Assembly: GCA_000388065.2 (NCBI GenBank)
Contig: KB932211.1
Direction: 5' to 3' (one strand)
Length of the DNA: 6,324 nt
Origin: Fonticula alba ATCC 38817
Lineage: Eukaryota > Protista > Nucleariida
This document shows positions 1 through 5,970 of this stretch, piece after piece. Position 1 is the stretch's first letter. Every line of letters begins with the position of its first letter. A program made the position numbers and the translations under genes. Below the pieces are notes generated by a model, which worked only from the letters and a program-made list of their open reading frames with translations, did no database searches and was not told where the DNA came from.

Positions 1-288
1 GTGCCCCTGGACCGGGGGCACTTCTTCCCGGCCGATGTGTACGCGGCATCGGTCATGCTCTACGAGTGTCTGACGCGCGCGGCCCCCTGGCCGGGCATGA
101 ACATCGGCGAGATCATGGCCGCGGTGCTTGGCGGCTCCCGGCCGGTGATCAGTCCTCTGGCCGGCAGCGCCGCGGACCTGGTGCAGGCCGGCTGGCAGGA
201 GGACCCCGGTCGGCGGCCGAGCACTGCGGCCTTCCGCCAGCGCTGTGCCGCTCTGTTTGTGGCCTCCGGCGGCCTGGCCGGCCCTTGA
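1..288 (+). CDS. 5'-partial C-terminal fragment of the same receptor kinase (identical to 5216-5503)
   Basis: Translates to VPLDRGHFFPADVYAASVMLYECLTR...GGLAGP-stop, base-for-base the same as 5216-5503. The first GTG is an internal Val, not a start codon. It may be an assembly duplicate rather than a second gene. Confidence 0.8.
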   Translation: MPLDRGHFFPADVYAASVMLYECLTRAAPWPGMNIGEIMAAVLGGSRPVISPLAGSAADLVQAGWQEDPGRRPSTAAFRQRCAALFVASGGLAGP

Positions 289-359
289 GACGGCGATCCG
301 ACAGGCTCTCGCGCGGCGTGCATCACCCCTGGGCCGGTGTGATGGTGGTCCTCCTGACC

Positions 360-372
360 GGGGGGGGGGGGG
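360..372 (+). repeat. G13 homopolymer downstream of the kinase stop (second copy at 5575-5587)
   Basis: Direct read. Confidence 0.95.
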
Positions 373-666
373 TCCCGGCATGGGACTACACCACCGGCGG
401 TGAGAGCAAATAGACTGACTCTCCCCTTCGTCTGGGCATATGGATTCCCTGCTGTGAGACCCCCGCCCCTCCCCCGGAGGGGAGAGGGGGCGGCGGGGTG
501 GAGCTGCCGTGGTGAGGGCGTGGCCGGGCCCGAAAGCCGGCCCCCTGACCGGTCGGCGGCCTGTCGGCGCGTCCCCTGTACGCGGGCTGACGCTGGTCCT
601 CGGGCGAGGGAGCACCGGGGGGGAGGGAAGGCCACGCCTCCTGGCCGTGTGGCACTGTGGCTGGGA

Positions 667-694
667 GTGTGTGTGTGTGTGTGTGTATGTGTGC

Positions 695-755
<61 letters not shown>
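667..755 (+). repeat. Compound microsatellite: (GT)10 at 667-686 then (CGTGCT)10 at 696-755
   Basis: Direct read of the sequence. Confidence 0.97.
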
Positions 756-1100
756 TGCGCTTTTGTTAGTGGGTGCGCCCCTGCACGTGTGCATCCACGC
801 ACGCGTGTCCATCCATGTGCATGTGCGCGCGGTCTAGCGTGCTTCTCCGTAGCTTGACGCTTGCATATGTCGTGGCCGTCCCTTTGTGAGAGCCGCCGTG
901 GCGAGGCCACGCTTGGGAAGGCCACGTTTTGGATGAACCCCCGGGGAGCCTGCCACCGAGGCCACGGCGGGTGCGGCCGGCCTCGGCTCCTTTTCAGCTC
1001 CCGGGCGCAGGGGAGGGCGGCGACTTGGCTGTGCGGGTCTCCGGCATGCATGCCGCAAGCCGACGAGGTGCCTGTGGATCTTACCTGCGCCCGTGTGGCT

Positions 1101-1502
1101 ATGGCCTTGGTGTTGGTGTTGGCACTTGCCGTTGGGGGTGTGGCCCCGGTGTGGGGAATGGGTTGCTGTTTGACAGGCTGCTCGGGGTGTCGGAAGGGGG
1201 GCGGCCGCATTGCCCAGGAGCCGCGAGGGTGGGGGCCCGGGGCCCGGGCCGGCGTGCGATTCCGGGCCGGTAGGCAGCTGGCCGATGTGCCGGGGACCCG
1301 CTTGACGGCCGCCGGCAGAGCGACCCAGCCGGCGGACGAGTGCCACCGCGCCACCTGCTACTTCATTGCCTTGGACAGGCTTCCACCCAAGTACCAGCGC
1401 CTCAGCAGTCTCGGCTGCTCGGCACCTGGTGGGCGATGCCGCGGTCGGCCTGCAGGAGGCTGCGACGTATCCCCCCTGCCCCCGGGAGCACCTCCGGGCG
1501 AA
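1101..1502 (+). CDS. Possible 5' coding exon(s) of an unknown, possibly secreted or membrane protein
   Basis: Part of the 861-2138 frame. ATG at 1101 begins MALVLVLALAVGGVAPVWG, which looks like a signal peptide; there is also an in-frame ATG at 1050. A hand count gives about 87% G/C at third codon positions over 1191-1421. No recognisable domain. Boundaries are uncertain, and the leader could instead be GT-rich intron ending at TTTGACAG (1176). Confidence 0.35.
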
Positions 1503-1507
1503 GTGTC

Positions 1508-1523
1508 TTTTTTTTTTTTTTTT
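1508..1523 (+). repeat. T16 homopolymer (A16 on the minus strand)
   Basis: Direct read; the only long A/T run in a GC-rich window. Confidence 0.97.
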
Positions 1524-1863
1524 GGCGCCCTCGGGCCCGGTCCGAGTCGGCACACTCGCCCTCTTGGGCAGGGGTCAGCAAGGAGGCGGAGCGAGCACGG
1601 CCAGGCGACGGTGCGCCAAGACAACGGCCCTACGATCACGGGCGCGGCCCGTGGCCATCCCGTCCCGGGGCATGGCAGCGGACCGCCCGGGCGAGCAGCG
1701 GTAAAGCACGTCCTGGTGACTGATGGGGTGTGCGCTTGGAAGGGGGGGACCGTGCCTATGGGCAGTGGTGCGGGAGGCGCGAGGCGGGCGCCGAAAGCCG
1801 GGCTCCTCTCTGCCCGAGGTCGAAGTGCGCGGTCTTGCGAGCCGGCCATTGGCCGAGGGGCCT

Positions 1864-2215
1864 TCAATGGCCGTGGCCGGGGCCGTGAGCGGGGTGGATG
1901 GCGGTGCCTGTGTCCGCGGACGGAGGCCAGCACCGGGCGCGGGCCAAGGGCTCGGCACACTCCCGGAACAGGCTGCGGCACCACTCCCCCAGCCTGGACC
2001 CCCGGGCCACACTCGGGGTTGCGACGAGCGGACGGCCGCGGTCCCGGCAGAGGATCTGGCAGTCAGGTAGGGAAGCATCCAGGGGCGTGTGGGCGGGCGG
2101 GGCAAGCGAGAAGACGGGCAGCCAGGCATCGGCCGTGATGCGACCACCGAACCCGGGTCTTGGAGGGGGCCCGGCGAGGGAGGGGGACATGCGCGCACGC
2201 GCGGGGTCGGCGGAC
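1864..2215 (-). CDS. Possible 3'-terminal exon of an unknown minus-strand gene
   Basis: Part of the 1864-2283 minus frame (...GRITADAWLPVFSLAPP...LGEWCRSLFRECAEPLARARCW...HGH-stop). A hand count gives G/C of about 83% at codon position 3 against about 72% and 70% at positions 1 and 2. A candidate CAG acceptor lies at 2218-2216, just after the (TG)n tract. No recognisable domain. Confidence 0.3.
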
Positions 2216-2232
2216 CTGCTCGCCCGCTCAGG

Positions 2233-2233
2233 C

Positions 2234-2288
<55 letters not shown>
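2233..2288 (+). repeat. (CA)n microsatellite: (CA)4 TATA (CA)22, truncated by the gap
   Basis: Direct read; runs into the N gap, so the true length is at least this. Confidence 0.97.
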
Positions 2289-2298
2289 NNNNNNNNNN
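2289..2298. other. Assembly gap (10 N)
   Basis: Ten N directly after a (CA)n tract and directly before mid-domain coding sequence. The round length suggests a placeholder, so the true size is unknown. Confidence 0.97.
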
Positions 2299-2299
2299 G

Positions 2300-4411
2300 C
2301 CCGGGACCTGGTCCGACGGGGCGGGCCAAGTGTGTCAGGCCTGCCTGGCCGGCTGCACCGACTGCACCACGGCCACCGCCTGCACGGGCTGCATTGACCG
2401 GCACTTCCTGGCCGGGGATGGCCGGTGCATGGCCTGCGACGGGTCGTGCGCGGCGTGCGCCAGTGCCACGTCGTGCGCCGTCTGCCAGCCGGGGCTGGTG
2501 TTCCTCGCGGCGGATGAACAGGTGGCGTCCCTGTGCGGGAGCGTCTGCCTGCCGGGGCAGTATGTCGGGGCTGGCCGGTGCGCCGAGTGCGATGCCTCGT
2601 GCGAGCTGTGCGCCGGCGGTGCGGCATCGTGCACGGTCTGCGCCGAAGGCTTCGGCTGGGCGAGCCCGCCGGGCCCCGGGAGCACGGGGGCCTGCGTCCC
2701 CTGCGACCCGGGGTGTGTGTCCTGCACGGCGGACCACTGTCTGGCCTGCGGGCCGGGGCTACTGCTGACACATGGTGGCAGCTGCGTGGCCTCCTGCCCG
2801 GCTGGGTGGTGGCCCGACGGCGAGTCGTGCCAGCCGTGCGATGTCAGCTGCGGCACCTGCACCGGCGGCGATGCCGACCAGTGCACCGGGTGCGGCGCCG
2901 GGCTGGATCTCGTGGAGGCCGGCCCCGGCGTGGGGGCCTGTGTGTCCGGCTGCCCGGAGGGCGAGTACCGGGACCTTGGGTCGATGTCGTGTCGGGCCTG
3001 CGACGCGGCGTGCGCCACGTGCAACGGCCCGACCGACCGGGACTGCTGGCGGTGCAAGGATGCCCTGCTGCAGGATGGCGACTGTGTGCAGGCCTGCGCC
3101 GCCAGGCATGTGGCCCTTGCCGGGCGGTGCCTGCCCTGCCATGTGTCGTGCAGCGCGTGCACCGGGGTCCGGAGCACCGAGTGCAGTGCCTGCATCGACG
3201 ACCTGCTGGCCCTGCCGGCCGGGCAGACCCCGACGCGCTGCATGGCCGCCTGCCCGACCGGGTACAATGCCTCGGCCGGCGGGTGCGCCGCCTGCCCGGA
3301 GCACTGCGCCAGCTGCCCCGAGTCGAGCGCCGTGTGCGGCCTGTGCGAGCGTGGGTGGCTGCTGGCCCGGCCGGAGTGCGTGGCCACCTGTCCGGGCGGA
3401 ACCATGTCACAGGGGCCCCTTTGCATTGCCTGCCATGCATCGTGTGCGACCTGCTTCGGCTCGGGCCCGGAGCAGTGCCTAACGTGCGCGCCGGATGCTC
3501 CGCTGATGGGGGGCAGCCGTTGCTTCGCCACCTGCCCGGCGGGCACCTACCACGCCGGGGGGCTTTGCCTCCCGTGTGGGCCTACCTGTGCCTCGTGCTC
3601 GGGCCCGATGGGGGACCAGTGCACCGCCTGTGCCGGGGATCGGCTTCTGCTCGGTGGCGAGTGTCTGCTCGCCTGCCCGGGGGCCTACTTCCCGGAGGCT
3701 GGGCTCTGTGTCGAGTGTGATGCGGACTGCGCCACGTGCCAGGCCCAGGGCACCTGTACCAGTTGCCGCGAGCAGGGCATGCTGCAGCCGGGCGGGACCT
3801 GCGGCATTGGCTGCCCCGGTGGCTGGGGCGCCTGTGCCAGCTCCGGCCGGTGCGTGGCCTGCTCGGCGCACTGCGCGCAGTGCGACGCGACCGGGCCATC
3901 GTGCGACGTCACCTGCGCCGTTTGTGAGGCCGGCTTCGCCCTGTCGTCCGGGGCCTGCCAGGCCTCCTGCCCGAGCGGGGAGTTCGCCGCGCCGGGATCC
4001 GGCATCTGCCAGCCGTGTGGCGGCGCCTGCCGGAGCTGCTTCGGCGCGGCGGACCACTGCACGAGCTGCAACGGTGGCCTCCTGCACCCGGGCGTGGGCA
4101 TCTGCGCGTCGGCCTGCGCCGGGGCGTCGGCCCCGGTGGCCGGCGTCTGCCTGAGCTGCTTCGCCGGGTGCGAGCAGTGCGAGGCCGGGCCCGGCCAGTC
4201 GGAGTGCACGATCCAGGCCGATGGCCAGCTGGTCTGCCCGACCGTTCGGACCTGCAAGCGGTGTGTCTCGGGGATGCTCCTGGTGGATGGCACCTCGTGC
4301 GTGGAAGTCTGCCCGGATGGCTATTTCGCGGATGCCGATGCGGAGGGCTGGTGTCGGTCTTGCCATGCGAGCTGCCGCGGGTCGTGCACCGGGCCCGAGG
4401 CGGGTGACTGC
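2300..4411 (+). other. Extracellular furin-like (FU) / growth-factor-receptor Cys-rich repeat array, 15 repeats visible
   Basis: Repeat cores read from the translation: CQACLAGCTDC, CMACDGSCAAC, CAECDASCELC, CVPCDPGCVSC, CQPCDVSCGTC, CRACDAACATC, CLPCHVSCSAC, CAACPEHCASC, CIACHASCATC, CLPCGPTCASC, CVECDADCATC, CVACSAHCAQC, CQPCGGACRSC, CLSCFAGCEQC, CRSCHASCRGSC. Most are followed by CxxC...CxxxCPxG(Y/W/F), matching the FU consensus CHxSCxTCxGPxxxxCxxC. Confidence 0.88.
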
Positions 4412-5503
4412 GATCGGTCGCCGAGGTCCAAGTCCTCGCGCATTGGCCTGGCCGTGGGCCTGTCGCTGGGCCTGCTGCTGCTGCTGATCCTGCTGGTGCT
4501 GCTGGTGCTGTTCCTCGTGCGCCGGCGCCGGGAGCAGGCCATCGGGAAGGCGCCGGCCGACGACGAGGACGCCACCATGTTGAACACCATCGTGGAGCTG
4601 GCCCTGCCCGGGGCCATCCTGGTGGATGTGGCCGTGGACTTCCGGGCGCTGGACGAGACCCTCGGCGCCGGGACCCAAGCGAGCGTCTATGCGGCGCAGT
4701 CGGTCGGGGCCGGGATCGCGGCCCGGCTGGGCTGCCCGGAGGTGGTGGCTGTGAAGAGGATGAAGGCCGAGGCCATGCAGCCGGTGCACCATGCCATGTT
4801 CCAGAACGAGGTGGCGCTGATGTGGCTGCTGCGCGAGCACGGCCACATCGTCCGGCTGTTCGGGTACAGCCACCAGCCGCCGGCCATCGTGATGGAGCGC
4901 TTCGACAGCGACCTGGCCACGCTGCTGCACTCGGAGGTGCAACTGTCGGCCACCCAGCTGGCGGACATCTGCCAGCAGTGGGCCGCCGGGCTGGAGGCCA
5001 TGCACGCGCATGGGATCGCCCACTGCGACCTGAAGCCGGGCAATGTGTTTGTCAGCCAGACGGCTTCCTCGTGGCGCGCGGCCCTCGGGGACCTGGGCGC
5101 GTCCAAGAACCTGAGCGCCGACCGGTCGTCGGCCCTGCTGAATGCCTTCCCGGAGCTGAATGCCATGTCGGTGCCGTATGCCGGGCCGGAGGTCATCCAA
5201 GCCTTCCAGCGGAGTGTGCCCCTGGACCGGGGGCACTTCTTCCCGGCCGATGTGTACGCGGCATCGGTCATGCTCTACGAGTGTCTGACGCGCGCGGCCC
5301 CCTGGCCGGGCATGAACATCGGCGAGATCATGGCCGCGGTGCTTGGCGGCTCCCGGCCGGTGATCAGTCCTCTGGCCGGCAGCGCCGCGGACCTGGTGCA
5401 GGCCGGCTGGCAGGAGGACCCCGGTCGGCGGCCGAGCACTGCGGCCTTCCGCCAGCGCTGTGCCGCTCTGTTTGTGGCCTCCGGCGGCCTGGCCGGCCCT
5501 TGA
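2300..5503 (+). CDS. Receptor-like protein kinase, 5'-partial: furin-like Cys-rich repeat ectodomain, single TM helix, TKL-type Ser/Thr kinase domain
   Basis: Stop-free frame from the first full codon after the N gap (CCC, 2300) to TGA at 5501-5503, with strongly G/C-ending codons. It has 15 CxxCxxxCxx(x)C repeats, a hydrophobic run IGLAVGLSLGLLLLLILLVLLVLFLV followed by RRRR, and kinase motifs in the correct order: LGAGTQASVY, VAVK, E of helix C, HCDLKPGN, DLG, YAGPE, DVY, RRP. The true start lies in or beyond the gap; the track's 1898 start is not supported. Confidence 0.95.
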   Translation, partial: PGTWSDGAGQVCQACLAGCTDCTTATACTGCIDRHFLAGDGRCMACDGSCAACASATSCAVCQPGLVFLAADEQVASLCGSVCLPGQYVGAGRCAECDASCELCAGGAASCTVCAEGFGWASPPGPGSTGACVPCDPGCVSCTADHCLACGPGLLLTHGGSCVASCPAGWWPDGESCQPCDVSCGTCTGGDADQCTGCGAGLDLVEAGPGVGACVSGCPEGEYRDLGSMSCRACDAACATCNGPTDRDCWRCKDALLQDGDCVQACAARHVALAGRCLPCHVSCSACTGVRSTECSACIDDLLALPAGQTPTRCMAACPTGYNASAGGCAACPEHCASCPESSAVCGLCERGWLLARPECVATCPGGTMSQGPLCIACHASCATCFGSGPEQCLTCAPDAPLMGGSRCFATCPAGTYHAGGLCLPCGPTCASCSGPMGDQCTACAGDRLLLGGECLLACPGAYFPEAGLCVECDADCATCQAQGTCTSCREQGMLQPGGTCGIGCPGGWGACASSGRCVACSAHCAQCDATGPSCDVTCAVCEAGFALSSGACQASCPSGEFAAPGSGICQPCGGACRSCFGAADHCTSCNGGLLHPGVGICASACAGASAPVAGVCLSCFAGCEQCEAGPGQSECTIQADGQLVCPTVRTCKRCVSGMLLVDGTSCVEVCPDGYFADADAEGWCRSCHASCRGSCTGPEAGDCDRSPRSKSSRIGLAVGLSLGLLLLLILLVLLVLFLVRRRREQAIGKAPADDEDATMLNTIVELALPGAILVDVAVDFRALDETLGAGTQASVYAAQSVGAGIAARLGCPEVVAVKRMKAEAMQPVHHAMFQNEVALMWLLREHGHIVRLFGYSHQPPAIVMERFDSDLATLLHSEVQLSATQLADICQQWAAGLEAMHAHGIAHCDLKPGNVFVSQTASSWRAALGDLGASKNLSADRSSALLNAFPELNAMSVPYAGPEVIQAFQRSVPLDRGHFFPADVYAASVMLYECLTRAAPWPGMNIGEIMAAVLGGSRPVISPLAGSAADLVQAGWQEDPGRRPSTAAFRQRCAALFVASGGLAGP
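4442..4531 (+). other. Transmembrane helix (4442-4519) plus cytoplasmic RRRR stop-transfer (4520-4531)
   Basis: 26 consecutive uncharged, mostly Leu/Val/Ile residues followed directly by four Arg. This fits type I topology with the kinase in the cytoplasm. Confidence 0.93.
4661..5503 (+). other. Protein kinase domain, TKL-like Ser/Thr type, non-RD
   Basis: Gly loop GAGTQASV (4664-), VAVK Lys (4754-4756), helix-C Glu (4808-4810), HCDLKPGN (5021-5044), DLG (5090-5098), GPE (5183-5191), subdomain IX Asp (5249-5251), subdomain XI Arg (5429-5431). The LKxxN loop indicates Ser/Thr rather than Tyr specificity. The C-lobe text MLYECLTRAAPWPGMNIGEIMAAVLGGSRP resembles TKL kinases. Confidence 0.9.
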
Positions 5504-5909
5504 GACGGCGATCCGACAGGCTCTCGCGCGGCGTGCATCACCCCTGGGCCGGTGTGATGGTGGTCCTCCTGACCGGGGGGGGGGGGGTCCCGGCATGGGA
5601 CTACACCACCGGCGGTGAGAGCAAATAGACTGACTCTCCCCTTCGTCTGGGCATATGGATTCCCTGCTGTGAGACCCCCGCCCCTCCCCCGGAGGGGAGA
5701 GGGGGCGGCGGGGTGGAGCTGCCGTGGTGAGGGCGTGGCCGGGCCCGAAAGCCGGCCCCCTGACCGGTCGGCGGCCTGTCGGCGCGTCCCCTGTACGCGG
5801 GCTGACGCTGGTCCTCGGGCGAGGGAGCACCGGGGGGGAGGGAAGGCCACGCCTCCTGGCCGTGTGGCACTGTGGCTGGGAGTGTGTGTGTGTGTGTGTG
5901 TATGTGTGC

Positions 5910-5970
<61 letters not shown>

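Larger units (their letters stand above)
1..1109 (+). repeat. Left copy of a 1109-bp exact direct repeat (offset 5215)
   Basis: Line-by-line comparison with 5216-6324 showed no mismatch. G13, G7, (GT)10 and (CGTGCT)10 have the same lengths in both copies, and the ORF-track translations from both copies are identical. Confidence 0.97.

Noticed and set aside
373-398. Minus-strand GCCGGTGGTGTAGTCCCATGCCGGGA resembling the 7SL/Alu motif TGTAGTCCCA
   Set aside because: Only about 10 nt match, and no SRP S-domain (helix 8 with GNRA loop) follows. Treated as chance.
696-755. CRISPR array or telomeric repeat reading of (CGTGCT)10
   Set aside because: A 6-bp head-to-tail unit with no spacers, internal rather than terminal, and unlike known TTAGGG-type telomere units.
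400-857. ORFs with VLVLVL, CSCSCS, ARARAR or STSTST tracts (and their copies at 5615-6072)
   Set aside because: These are translations of the (GT)n and (CGTGCT)10 microsatellites. The poly-VL run mimics a TM helix but has no supporting coding context.
1843-1873. Perfect 9-bp inverted repeat CGGCCATTG/CAATGGCCG overlapping the TGA of the minus-strand ORF
   Set aside because: One 9-bp stem is expected by chance in 6 kb of GC-rich DNA. It has no SECIS features and the ORF itself is uncertain.
1898-2299. N-terminal extension of the 1201-aa ORF in the track
   Set aside because: Its frame depends on the gap being exactly 10 bases, it runs through (CA)n giving THTHTH, and it has no signal peptide or Cys-repeat character.
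2300-4531. Giardia-type variant surface protein (VSP)
   Set aside because: It shares CxxC richness but lacks the short CRGKA tail and instead continues into a full kinase domain.
4661-5503. Calling the protein a receptor tyrosine kinase (EGFR/insulin-receptor homolog)
   Set aside because: The catalytic loop is DLKPGN, not DLAARN or DLRAAN, the Tyr-kinase P+1 motif (PxxW) is absent, and no receptor L domains are visible.
3479-5830. 783-aa minus-strand ORF and the other long overlapping ORFs (2335-3546, 2533-3720, 3685-4293, 4822-5628 and similar)
   Set aside because: Shadow frames of a GC-rich gene with high third-position G/C. Their products are Arg/Pro/Ala/Gly-rich or simply mirror the Cys codons, and carry no domain motifs.
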